In this document: positions 25,451 through 37,404 of the stretch, in pieces
Position numbering within the stretch: position 1 is the stretch's first letter
How the letters are laid out: every line of letters begins with the position of its first letter
NCBI RefSeq assembly: GCF_004010195.1
Contig: NC_057735.1
Coordinates: forward strand, 11,080,065 to 11,144,064
Length of the DNA: 64,000 nucleotides
Direction of reading: 5' to 3'
DNA from: Chiloscyllium plagiosum
Taxonomy: Eukaryota
Notes under the pieces: model-generated
The model's input: the letters and a program-made list of their open reading frames with translations, nothing else
Databases searched by the model: none
Told to the model about the DNA's origin: nothing
Made by a program: the position numbers and the translations under genes

Positions 25451-25571
25451 TTTTCATGGGAATTCTTTCCTGGGGACTGGTTTTGACTGGTCGAGAAACT
25501 TCCAGTTATAATTGGGGAATGTGCAGTCCCTGGTGATGTTGTTGAAGAAACAGCACAAGTATATTGTTCAC
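25451..25571 (-). CDS. Ser/Thr-rich stalk exon, inhibitory type (GEQYTCAVSSTTSPG...NSHE)
   Basis: caacag|GT GAA CAA TAT ACT TGT...GAA AA|gtatga; open; paralog 52028-52148. Confidence 0.8.
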
Positions 25572-25756
25572 CTGTTGAAACAAGGGAATAATGTTCAGAT
25601 TAGTCTCCTTCTCACTTGTAGTTACCCAAGGGAACCTCATGGACAAGTGGAACCTCATTACTTGGGGAAAAGCCCTTTTGATATCATGGAGTTTTGCATC
25701 AATTCCCCTTCCCTGGTAACAATGACACCTGTAAGTGGGCTAATTCTGCTGAAAAT

Positions 25757-27337
25757 GTTAGAGTCATAGTCAGCACGGAAATAGACCCTTTGGTTCAGCA
25801 TGTCAGTGCCAAACATGTTTCTCAAAATATACTAGTCCCATTTATCTGCGTTTGGCCCATGTCTCTCTAAACATTTCTTATTCATGCACCTATTCAAATG
25901 CCTTTTAAATACTGTAACTGTACCTTCATCTACCATGTCGTCTGGCATTTCACTCCACATTGTCATTCACTAAATCATTTGTGTATGAACATAGGAGCTA
26001 CAGTTAGTAATTATATGTTGCAGGTGACAACAAAATTGCAACTTTACTGTACAACAAAGAACGTTAGCTCTGAGTACAATGGGATCTTGATCAGATGGGC
26101 CAATGGGCGAAGGATTGGCAGATGAAGTTTAATGTGAAGTGCTGCATTTTGGAAAGGCAAATCAGAGCAGGACTGATCCACTTAATGGGAAGGTCTGGGG
26201 GAGTATTGATGAACAAAGAAACCTTGGAGTGCAGGTTCATATCTCCTTGAAAGTAGAGTTGCAGATAGATAGGACCGTAAGAAGGTGTTTACTATGCTTT
26301 CCTTTATTGGTCAGAGCTTTAAGTATAGGAGCTGGGAGGTCATGTTGCGACTGTACAGGACATTGGTTAGGCCACTTTGGGAATACTGTGTGCAATTCTC
26401 GTCTCCTTCCTAAGGATATTGTGAAACTTGGAAAGCTTCAGAAATTTCCAAGGGTGTTGCCGGGGTTCTATCGGAAGGATATTGCAAAACTTGAAAGGGT
26501 TCACAAAAGATTTCCAAGAATTTTCCCAGGGTTGGAGGATTTGAGCTATAGGGAGAGGCTGAATAGGCTGGGATATTTTCCCTGGAGCATCGGAAGCTGA
26601 GGGGTGAACTTAAAGAGATTTATAAAATCATGAGGGGCATGGATAGGATAAATAGACAAAGTCTTTTCCCTAGGGTGGAGGAGTTCAGCACTAGAGGGTA
26701 TAGGTTTAGGGTGAGAGGGGAAAGATACAAAAGGGACCTGAGGGGTGACATTTTCACACTGAGGGTGGAGCGTGTATGGAATGAGCAGCCAGAGGAAGTG
26801 GTAGAGTCTGGTACAATTATAATGTTCAAGAATGATCAGGATGGGTATATGAATAGGAAGGGTTTGGAGAGATATGGGTTGGATACTGGCAGGTGGGACT
26901 AGATTAGGTTGGGATATCTAGTCAGCAAGCATGTGTTGGACCGAAGGGTCTGTTTCTGTGCTGTACATCTCTATGTCTCTATGTCTCTACATGAGCCACT
27001 CTCTGTGTGAAAATGTTGCCCTTCTGGCCCCTTTTACACTTTTCTTCTCTCACCTTAAAAATATGCCCCCTCACTTTGAACTCTCCCAGCCTAGTGAGAA
27101 AACCCTTTGCTAGTCACCTTATCTATGCCTCTCATAACTTTATAAACCTCGATAAAGTCACCCCTCAACCTCCTACCTCCAGTGGAAAAACTCCCAGTTT
27201 ATCCTTATCAATCAAACCTCTAGTCACGGCAACATTTTCATAAAACCTCTTCAATTTCATAATAACTTGCTGAAAGCAGCGGGACTAGAAGTGTACATTG
27301 TTTCCAACAGTGGCCTCACCATCATTCTGAACAGCTC
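25757..27337. mobile_element. Minus-strand CR1 3' part with a plus-strand CR1 (~25961-26990) nested inside
   Basis: Outer element colinear with 52340-52880; inner element LHFGKANQ..LSYRERLNRLG with tail tctctatgtctctatgtctct. Confidence 0.8.
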
Positions 27338-27754
27338 AGATAGAGATATAGATGTGTATAAGTTTGAAGATTCAAGGGCAGCTAGAATGATGTTGGAATG
27401 ATTGAGTGTGGAGTTAACATCATGAATGAGAGCTCTGTTGGACTGGGAGATGGAGGAGTCAGTGGCTAAGGAAAGGTGATTGCAGCAGGATAAAGACAAT
27501 GGCTTCTATCTTCAGAATTGTCAGGTGTAATTTTATTGAAGTTGTGAAAATGCCCAGACAAGCACAATCACAGCAGGTAGGTATGTCAGAGACAGTCCTT
27601 AAACTGGATCAATGGGGATGGAGGCATCAACCATCACTATCAATCCCGAGCCGTATGTCTAGCTGTCTCCTTGGAGAGGTGAACAACTGTCATTCAGACT
27701 CAGGCTCAGCACTCACTGTCTGCTGGATATGAGCCACTGGCAAGAAGATTCAGG

Positions 27755-28270
27755 ATGTGGAGGGGCTGCTGTTGGACTGGGGTGGACAAAGCTGAAACTC
27801 ACACAACACCAGGTTATAGTCCTTCAGATTTATTTTAAAATACAAGCTTTCAGAGCACTACTCCTTTGTCAGGAAGCCAGTGGGGCAGGATACATAGGAC
27901 AAGATCAAAGTATCAAACAACGGATGCAATGTGTTAGAGAAACCTAGATTGCTGTGAAGTCTGTAATCACGTAGAATGGGGATGCAGGTTTTGATTGATT
28001 AATATGTAAATCCCAGAATTTCTCTCAAATTCCTGTTTCGATGTATCTTAAGGTTGTATCAATAAATAGAAAAAGTGATAAACTCAGACAATGCATTACA
28101 GGTATGAGGTTAGATTCTGTGTCCAACTTGGAGTCAGACTGGTTTTATTTTGAAATTAGGAATTTGTAAAATATCACATTGTCTGACTGCCTATAGAGTG
28201 TGTGCTTTTTAAACAAAATGGAAAGTATCTACAACCACAAATTTGCAAATGCAGTTCACCCCATAGATTT
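27755..28270 (-). mobile_element. PLE family-2 terminal fragment (paralog ~44090-44750)
   Basis: cacacaacaccaggttatagtcc..tacaagctttcagagcactactcctttgtcagg (degenerate hammerhead on minus strand). Confidence 0.6.
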
Positions 28271-28466
28271 CTGTGTGCGTGCATGTGTGTGTGTGAAAAT
28301 TCTGGGGAAATGTAGTCCATGTCATAACTCCATTAGAATGTCCTAAGTGTGCATCCTCATCCAAGTGTCATCAGCACCACCAAGGAGCCTTGCACATTGC
28401 AGACTATCTCCTCACAGATTGACAATTCAATGTATGACCATTGTAACTGAGAATTGCTGTCTTCCA

Positions 28467-28602
28467 TTCCTGAAGAAGGGCTCATGCCTGAAACATCGAT
28501 TCTCCTGCTCCTTGGATGCTGCCTGACCTGCTGTGCTTTTCCAGCAACACATTTCCAGATCTGATCTCCAGCATCTGCAGTCTTCACTTTCTCCTGGAAG
28601 AC
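28467..28602 (+). mobile_element. PLE family-1 short insertion beginning at the hammerhead
   Basis: ttcCTGAAGAagggctcatgcctGAAACatc...; candidate TSD gtcttcca 28459-28466 / 28603-28610. Confidence 0.7.
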
Positions 28603-29339
28603 GTCTTCCACTCATAGCCATGCAGTGCATTACAGAAATAGCAAACCCAAGTGGCACTTTAAAATGAGCTTTTCTGATTACGTTCGCCTCGTTAATGGGA
28701 CACCGAGGGTGAACAGTGTTGTTGTCAATGATTGCTTAAGGCCATCAATTATAATGTTTATTTCTGGACAATGAGTGACCTGTTGTTGAAGTGTAATTTG
28801 ATGCCAGTGGTAGGACTGAATCAGTGGATGCATGGTGGATGCAATTGTCCCGAATAGGTTTCAAATTCATAGAATTTTATTCCAACACCCTTCCCATCTA
28901 AAATATGAATAAATGACTCCACCCCGACTCTGCAATTGTCTGTCAATCATTTTACACAGTTATTGTACAGCAACCTGGTCAGAATTGGTGAAATGTCAAC
29001 TGTGTGTTTTTGTGACAAAAACAGAAAGTGCTGGGGAAACACAGCAGGCCTGGCAGTTTCTGTAGAGAGAAAGCAGAATTACTGTTTTCGGTCCATTGAC
29101 CATTCTTCAGAAACATTAGTAGCTTCGATAAGGTGCTCCATACGCTGCAGACGCAGGAAGTTGGGTGTTTGTGTGAATTAACAGCAGACTCTACCTGTGA
29201 TGCAGAATGCTCCTTCTTCCTCTCTTTATTGTTGCTGTCCCTGTGGATCCAATTGTTTTTTGCCATCTCACCATTTCTGTTCATTCTCTCTCGATAGACT
29301 TGATGTTCCTAATTTCCCATCAGAGCCATGTCTTTGAGA

Positions 29340-30325
29340 ATTAGATGTGATCTGTATGGACTTCAGTAAGGCGTTCGACAAGGTTCCCCATGGGAGACTG
29401 ATTAGCAAGGTTAGGCCTCATGGAATACAGGGAGAACTAGCCATTTGGATACAGAACTGGCTCAAAGGTAGAAGACAGAGGGTGGTGATGAAGGGTTGTT
29501 TTTCAGACTGGAGGCCTGTGACCAGTGGCGTGCTACAAGGATTGGTGCCGGGTCCTCTACTTTTCGTCATTTAATAAATGATTTGGATGCGAGCATAAGA
29601 GGTACAGTTAGTAAGTTTGCAGATGACACCAGAATTGCAGGTGTAGTGGACAGAGAAGAGGGTCACCTCAGATTACAACAGGATCTGGACCAGATGGGCC
29701 AATGGGCTGAGAAGTGGCAGATGGAGTTTAATTCAGATAAATGCGAGATGCTGCATTTTGGGAAAGCAAATCTTAGCAGGACTTATACACTTAATGGTAA
29801 GGTCCTAGAGATTGTTGATGAACAATGAGACCTTGGAGTGTTGGTTCATAGCTCCTTGAAAGTGGAGTTGCAGGTGGATGGGATAGTGAAGAAGGCGTTT
29901 GGTATGCTTTCCTTTATTGGTCAGAGTATTGAGTATAGGAGTTGGGAGGTCGTGTTGCGTTACAAAATTATGAGGGGCATGGATAGGATAAATAGGCAAA
30001 GTCTTTTCCCTGGGGTTGGGCAGTTTAGACCTAGAGGGCATAGGTTTAGGGTGAGAGGGAAAGATATAAAAGAGACGTAAGGGGCAACTTTTTCACGCAG
30101 AGGGTGGTACGTGTATGGAATGAGCTGCCAGAGGAAGTGGTGGAGGCTGGTACAATTGTAACATTTAAGAGGCATTTGGATGGGTATATGAATAGGAAGG
30201 GTTTGGAGGGATATGGGCCGGGCGCAGGCAGGTGGGACTAGATTGGGTTGGGATATCTGGTCGGCATGGACGGGTTGGACCGAAGGGTCTGTTTCCTTGC
30301 TGGACATCTCTATGACTCTATGACT
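29340..30325 (+). mobile_element. CR1 LINE RT 3' fragment (relatively young, internally deleted)
   Basis: MDFSKAFDKVPHGRL..KFADDTRIAG..; tail tctctatgactctatgact. Confidence 0.92.
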
Positions 30326-31298
30326 GTAATTACAAAGTCTTTATTGGTCCTAACCCTCCCCATGTGAAGGACAAAGTGACAGTGACCTGGGAATATGAGA
30401 GCCCCAGAAAGGGGGACTTGATGCTGTATTTCATCTTTAGATCAGACTCAGCTTACTTTGTTAAAATGTTTATTAAAGTCTGCATGGGAGCTGTAAGTAC
30501 CAATAAATGCTGAATACATCAAATCATTCAAATAGCAACAAATGTATTTTATTATTTAAACAGATAACAAGGTTCCATCCAATGAGACTATTACACACTA
30601 CCTCACTTGTCTCTCTACCCAACAGCATTTACATTGTCTTCATTCCAGATTAGGACACATGACTATATTATCCAATGAGACTTAAAAAAGGGCATGGACA
30701 GGGTGAACAGCCAAGGTCATTTTCCTTTCTGGGGGTGTCCAGAACTAGAGGGCATAGGTTGAAGGTGAGAGAGAAAAGATTTCAAAATGTCCTGAGGAGT
30801 AACTTTTTCACATAGAGGGTGGGTGTGTGTATGAAATGAGCTGCCAGAGGAAGTGGTGGATGCTGGTACAATGACAGCATTTAACAGCATGAGGTCATCA
30901 TGGAGAGAGATGAGGCAGGACCAGAGTAGGCCATTCAGTCCCTCGAGGCTCATTCAGCATTCATCTGGATCAGAGCAGATCTTCTACCTGAATACCATTT
31001 TTCTTGCACTCCAACCTCCCCCCCACCCATGTCCCTCCCTATCTTTATTACCCAGAACATTATTGATCTCTGTTTTGAATATACTCAATGCTGGAGCCCC
31101 CAGAGCTCTCTGGGGCAGAGAATTCCAACAAACCATCACCCTCTGAGTGAAGAAATTCCTGCTCATCTCAGTCACAAATGGTCAACCCATTCTTCTCAAA
31201 TTGTGTCTCCTGCTTCGAAACCCCTCCACCCAGGGCCACCTCATTGATGGGGAACTTAGAGTGCTCAAAATCATTCGTGTAAAGGCCATGATGCTCAC

Positions 31299-31389
31299 CT
31301 AATGTTTTCGTGTAAACATTGTGACTGAAACAGAACAAATCACCAGGAGAGTGAAGAGTACCCAGCGTATCACATCCCAGACAACGCAA
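31299..31389 (-). CDS. Gene B: activating-type TM exon SCVVWDVIRWVLFTLLVICSVSVTMFTRKH*
   Basis: Polypyrimidine acceptor ttcttctgttttacacag|T TGC GTT GTC TGG GAT GTG ATA CGC TGG..; phase 2 matches the stalk donor; TM Arg; stop followed by gtgagc; not in the ORF track. Confidence 0.85.
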
Positions 31390-32283
31390 CTGTGTAAAAC
31401 AGAAGAAATACAAAATCATTTGAAGGAAACAAGACTGCTTGATGTTTCAGACAGTTATCCCCTATTCACACTGCAGTATATTGTAGCAAAATAAAGCAGC
31501 ACAGCTCAGGGAGTTATGTGGGAAACTTAAATTACAGTTTAATTTATGAATGACCTGAACAATATATAAAGCCAAATGTAGCACGTTTCAGTAGCATATC
31601 CTGTCATGCTCAGCATCTTGTTATCAATGAGGATTATTAGATGTGGATGGATATTTACAGGAGCACTGCAGTCTGGTGTAATATTCCAGTGGGTGAGAAG
31701 TCTCTTCAGTCAGTGAGGAACTCAGAATATCATCATCCCACACTGCTCCTGCACCTTCTAACAGGCAAGGCTTAACCAGCTGGAACCAGACAGACTCCCA
31801 CCCGCTCAGTTTGGGAATAATGTTTAACATGAGTGACCGGAGGAGGAGATGGTGATAGAGAATGTAATGTCCCTGGCAGTGATACTCCAGAAGCCATGGT
31901 GCAAGAAAATCTGTTGCTTCTTTGAAACATACAACACCATGAACTCAGATGAATAATGAAGCATTTAATCTGGGACGTGGCAGGCAGAAAATTGGTTCTT
32001 CCCATTATGAATTTCCAATAACAGAAATAGCAACATTGTAAATGTTACAATGCGGAAATTGAACCCTTGCTAATTAAAACTGAAGTTAAAATACTCAGAA
32101 AAGCTTGCCTTCAGCTCACCAGTAAGGAAGTGAACATAATAACAATCGTATGAAATGAATGACCATTTACATTCTGATAAATTATTATCTAAAATTGAAA
32201 TGTATTGTAAGCCGTTATGTGAAATCACTTATTCTGACTTGGACTCAATATTCGTGGAAATATCAACAATGAAATTGCTCTAC

Positions 32284-32500
32284 CTTTTCCTGACAGACTT
32301 GGGTCCTGCCGATGTTCCTGTTGCTGTTGGTGATATTGTTGGTGAAGTTGTTGGTGATATTGTTGGTGAAGTTGTTGGTGAAGTTGTTGGTGATATTGTT
32401 GGTGATATTGTTGGTGATATTGTTGGTGAAGCTGTTGATGATATTGTTGTGGATGTTGTTGATGATTTTGTTGAGGATTTGTCACAAGTATATTCCCTTC
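32284..32500 (-). CDS. Gene B: mucin stalk exon GREYTCDKSST..(SPT[I/T])n..GPKSVRK with 12-bp tandem repeat
   Basis: ctcaatag|GA AGG GAA TAT ACT TGT...AAA AG|gtagag; 217 nt, phase 1 to 2, open. Confidence 0.85.
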
Positions 32501-33461
32501 CTATTGAGACATAAGGTAATATTCAGCTACATCGGAGTCTCAGTTACAGACAACCAAGAGAGCACTCTTCACCAATGGAACCTCAGGACTTGTTGTGAAT
32601 AATGGATTTTGTTGAATTCATTTCACAATAACTCTCCCTGCCTGGAGAGATGTGGTAGTGACCGAGTTTGCATGTAGTTTGTATTTTGTTCCCCGCCCGG
32701 ACATTGATGCTACTGTATTCTTATTAAAGCATTTGAAAGCCTGAGGTTGGGTGGAACTATATTACTAAGATCACCTTTCTCATCCTTGTCAAACATAAAA
32801 GAAAGTTCCAGCCAATAAGCTGGTCACTGCCCCCGCTGGACAATGCAGCCCCTACTCTGTCCTGTGATACCCTGTGGTTGTTGGGTGAGCTTCCACTGTG
32901 ATTTTTGCCTCCACTATGGTATTTAGACCCAATGATGTAGTCTTTATGTTATCTCCTGTCACATGAAAACAAGGCGTGGATGTTGTCATACTGACAAATC
33001 AACAGAATATTTATACCAGCGTCCAGCCTAAACATATCTCATAGTCACAGACACTTAGGGGTCTGGGCTGAAACTGATGTATTCAGTTACATGCAGTGAC
33101 ACCCAACCATTAACATGTCATGCCTGATGTGACCCTGACTAAGATGGAATCTGACACCATTGTCTCCTCAGGTCACATACTACAATGCAGTGATGATTTT
33201 ATCTATTAAAGGTATAACACACACAAGCTGTGAAATGTAATACAAATCTGGAGCACAGCATTTATGCATTTTCTGGAGCTTTATTACAATTTTGTCTCCT
33301 TTCAAAAATAAATTAACACCTTGTTAAAGATTGTTCAAATATCAAAGAGATTTAATGTGATGAGGTGCAGTTATTTGTAAGTTTGGCAGAAACTTAACCA
33401 ATGAGCAGTTTGAATAAACATTGAATAAGTGTGTCAGCCTCAGTGTTTGTAGAAAACTTAC

Positions 33462-33785
33462 CGATGCTGCTGATTTATGTCATGGAACTACAGCCCCTCT
33501 CTGCTACACTGAGAACTGAGACATGAACAGTTTCACTGTATTTTTCTCCCTGAGTATTTGAGGCTGTGCAGTACTATTGATTATCTTGCTGTTTGAAGGA
33601 TTGCTATTGTGGTTCCAGTTTGTTGGTGCCAGAGATCATTGAATCTTGAGATGGGGTTTCCTCAGACCGTGTGTAGTGAATGAGGAGGGATCCCTGGGCA
33701 GACTCACAGGAGACAGTCATTGAAGCCCCTGACCATGAGATATTTGGTTGTGATTAAAACTGAAGTCGAGGCACAGAGATGGCTT
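33462..33785 (-). pseudogene. Gene B: second C2-type Ig pseudo-exon
   Basis: Homologous to 36635-36958 but acceptor cccacag changed to cccaaaa and four in-frame stops; 5' part duplicated at 33859-33995. Confidence 0.8.
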
Positions 33786-34045
33786 TTTTGGGAAATAAAC
33801 ATTTGTTACAAAGCTAACTGTAATTGAAAAGCCAACTGTTCTAGCAATAAAGTTTCAACAGACTCGCAGGAGACAGTCATTGAAGCCCCAGACCATGAGA
33901 TATTTGGTTGTGATTAAAACTGAAGTCGAGGCACAGAGATGGCTTTTTTGGGAAATAAACATTTGTTACAAAGCTAACTGTAATTGAAAAGCCAAAAACC
34001 CCCAAGACTTTGCCCTTCACTATCCCATTTAGTGCCATAGCCTCA

Positions 34046-35630
34046 TATGGCACAGAAATAGTCCCTTCGATTTAATACATCCGCGCTGAACAAATTTCTC
34101 AAAATAAACCAGTCCCACTTATCGAGTCATAGACTTATAGAGATGTACAGCGTGGAAACAGACCCTTCGGTCCAACCCGTCCATGCCGACCAGATATCCC
34201 AACCCAATCTAGTCCCACCTGCCAGCACCCACTTGCCTGTGTTTGGTGCATATCCCTCCAAATCTTTCTTATTTATGTACTGATCCAAATTTCTTTTTAA
34301 TGTTGCAACTGCCCCTTCATCTCCCATGCCCTCTGGCATTTCATTCTACATATAAAACACCCTCTGTGTGAAAATGTTGCCCCTCAGGTTCCTTTCATAT
34401 TTTCTCCTCTCACCATGAAAACGTGACCCCTCACTTTGAACTCTCCCAGCCAAGTGAAAGAAATCTTTGCTAAACACCTTATCTCGTGATTTTATATAAA
34501 CCTCTATAAAGTCACCTCTCAACCTCCTCCGCTTCAGTGGAAAAAGTCCCAGCCTATCATTATCACTCAAACCCTCCAGTCACAGCAACATCTTAGTCGA
34601 TCTTTTCTGAAACCTCTTCAATTTAATAATAACCTTCCTGAAGCAGGGCGACCAGAACTGTACACATTAAACCAAAAGTGACCTCACCATCATTCTGTAC
34701 AAGCTCATCGTGATGTTCCAACTCCGACTGTCTATGGTCTGAGCAATGATGGTAAGCATTCTAAATACCTTGTTAACCACCCTCTCTACCTGTGATGCAA
34801 ATTTCAAAGATCCCCTGGGTCTCTGTGTTCAACAGCACTACCCAGGGCCCTACTTTTAATTGTATAAGTCCTGTCCTGTTTTGTTTTACCAAAAGGCTAT
34901 ACCTCACATTGAACAAATTAAACTCCATCTGCCAATCCTCAACACACTGACCCAATTGATCAAGATCCCTTTGTAATCACAGATAATCTTTGTCACTGTC
35001 AACAATACCACCAACTGTGGTGTCATCCATAAACTTATGAACCAAGCCTTCTAAATTGTCATTCAAATCATTTATATAAATTACACAATCCCTGCAGAAC
35101 ACCACTGGTCACAGGCCTCCAATCCAAGAAAATGACCCTCCATCAGGTTTGGACAGCATGATTTCCCACACACTATCCCTAATCAGTTCTTGCCTCTCCG
35201 AATGCATGTAAATCCTATCTCTCAGAATACCCTCCAACAACCTACCCAGAACAGATATCGGACTCACATCTCTTTCATTCCCAGGCTTCTCCTGACAAAA
35301 TTTCTTACATAAAGGCACAACATTAGCCACCCTCCAGTTCTTCGGCACCGCACCCGTGGCTGTGGATAATACAAATATCCCCACTCAGGGCACCCCAAAT
35401 TCCTTCCGCAACCTCCTATAGCGTCGTGGGAGACACCTGGTCAGATCCTGGTGATTTATTCACCTTGATGTTATTTTCGACCTCCAGCACTTCCTCTTCT
35501 ACAATGAGACTGCTTTCATGACATCACTATTTATGTCCCTGAGTTCCCTAGCCTCTATGTCTTTCTCCCTGGTAAAACCTCCTGCAAAATAATTGTTTAG
35601 TATCACTCCCATCTCTTCTGGATCCACACA
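34046..35630 (-). mobile_element. CR1 LINE in the post-C2 intron, orthologous in position to 52340-53990
   Basis: VPKNWRVANVVPLCKK..; colinear similarity with the gene A intron LINE. Confidence 0.8.
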
Positions 35631-36634
35631 AAGATGATTCCTCTTACTTTTTTTCCTGAATCTGAGAGTTGGTGTGTTACATTGGGGTTTATTAAAGGGT
35701 TTGGGCTGGTAACTACAACCCAGATATCCCACTTATTTAAAACCACGGGTTTCACATGGAGCTGTCCCTTGCTGATATTGGCAGTGGTCACTTCCATCCT
35801 CTTGAGATGGCTTTCTGACCTTGCAGGAATAATGTGAAACTTCATCCACAAACATCTTAACCACCAGTGATCATCCATCAACATAACCGTAAGGAGCCAT
35901 GAGGCAGACAGATGAGGTTCCCCATCTCCAAGCAGTACTCCGAAAACATGGCTTGAGTGTGTTTTAAGTTCATCATTTCTGCAGCAAATAAACTGTTAAT
36001 TCTCTATCTTTTAGTGTTCCATGGCCAGCTTTCTAATTACCTCAACCTCATCGACACTGTCTCACCTGCCACAGCACAGCATTACTTCTCTCTGCTGGAC
36101 TGTGGGATCCAGCTGAATTTTAACCCCGAAGGGGAACTGGAACCCCCAACATGCTGCCATCAGAAGTGAGAGTGCAGCCACATGAGCTGCTGCTGATAGT
36201 TCCAAATACAGTTCCCGGGTGTCACTTCGACTTGATGCTGACTTGCTTCTTCTCTGACGCTCAAACAGATCATATCAGGAAATGGCTGCATGCAGTATTT
36301 ACAGATATTTCATTGTACAACTGATCTCCACTCTATCCCCAGTCTCGGCCCAAAATCTGGACACAACAGTCACGGACTGAATTTAAAATTCCATCTGTTA
36401 GAAAATGTAAATTCTCCATCAATCACACGCCATTTTAATATGCAGGGATTGTTGGAGTTGTTACAATGTTTCTCCATGCTGTGGGTCAGAGTTTTTGTAC
36501 CTGCTCATTTTCCAAGTTCAATCCAAACCCATTGGCTTTGTTCAGAACTGACAATGAAACAAATGGAGTGCATTTTATCAATTACAGTTTTCCAGAGTGA
36601 GGTGATAAGTAAACATTGTTTGCATCACACTTAC

Positions 36635-36958
36635 TGATGCTGTTGGTCTGTATCCTATAACTGCAGTTCTTCTCTCTTACATTGTTGACTGAGACATGAA
36701 CAATTTCACTGGATTTTGTTCCCTGAGTATTTGAGGCTGTGCAGTAATATTGATGATGTTGCCATGTGAAGGATTGACAATATAGATCCAGTTTATTGGT
36801 GTCAGAGATCTTTGAATCTTTAGATGGGGTCTTCTCAGACCATGTGTAATGAATGGGGAGGGATCCCTGGGAAGACTCACAGGAGACTGTCACTGAACCC
36901 CCTGAACATGAGACATTTGGTTGGGATAAATATCGAAGCCCAGGAACAGAGACGGCTT
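36635..36958 (-). CDS. Gene B: C2-type Ig exon (open, phase 1-1)
   Basis: cccacag|AA GCC GTC TCT...VTVSCESSQGSLPIHYTW..YYCTASNTQG..NSI A|gtaagt; 324 nt. Confidence 0.88.
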
Positions 36959-37096
36959 CTGTGGGAAAGAAACAATTATTGAGAGATCGAATAAACAAAT
37001 ACCCTTCATCGCTTTGTCACCCTCTTTCTTCCGTGATAAAATACTGATCACACAAATCAACAAAGGATAATTTAAGAAAATCACTGAAACATTTAC

Positions 37097-37404
37097 CTTC
37101 AGAGATGTGCAGGTTTACATTAGACATGCGGTCACAGTAAATACCAGGAATCTCAATCCCACAGCTGTACCATCCGGCATCTTCCTATAGAAGATTCTTT
37201 ATTGTGACAAGAAATATTCCCTGTGTTTTGTTATCAGTGATTGATATTCTCCCATTTGGCCAATTTGTCAGTGCTATAACATTACATGAACAAGTCCATC
37301 CGTGACACCAATATTTCATGTTTGGCTGCTACCACCTTCTAGGTAGTGACAAGATATTGTGATAAATTCCTGTAATGTGTTTGTCTGTCCAAAAGCACCT
37401 GAAA
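37097..37404 (-). pseudogene. Gene B: V-type Ig pseudo-exon
   Basis: KYWCHGWTCSC..GRISITDN..DAGWYSCG recognisable, but deletions/frameshifts near the 5' end and in-frame TAG (CTT CTA TAG GAA GAT); splice sites retained. Confidence 0.85.

Larger units (their letters stand above)
22220..25571 (-). pseudogene. Module B': orphan 3' half of an inhibitory receptor (stalk 25451-25571, cyt1 23306-23358, ITIM exon 22220-22531); no TM exon found, 5' exons missing
   Basis: Exon-by-exon homology to gene A 52148-47183; sequence at the position of A's TM exon is replaced; upstream homology ends at ~27338. Confidence 0.75.

Noticed and set aside
31955-32020. Plus-strand IWDVAGR resembling the activating TM motif
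   Set aside because: Wrong strand, no hydrophobic span or splice support
32155-32602. Poly-Q/H, VGDI and LLVI ORFs
   Set aside because: Alternative frames and antisense of the SPT mucin exon
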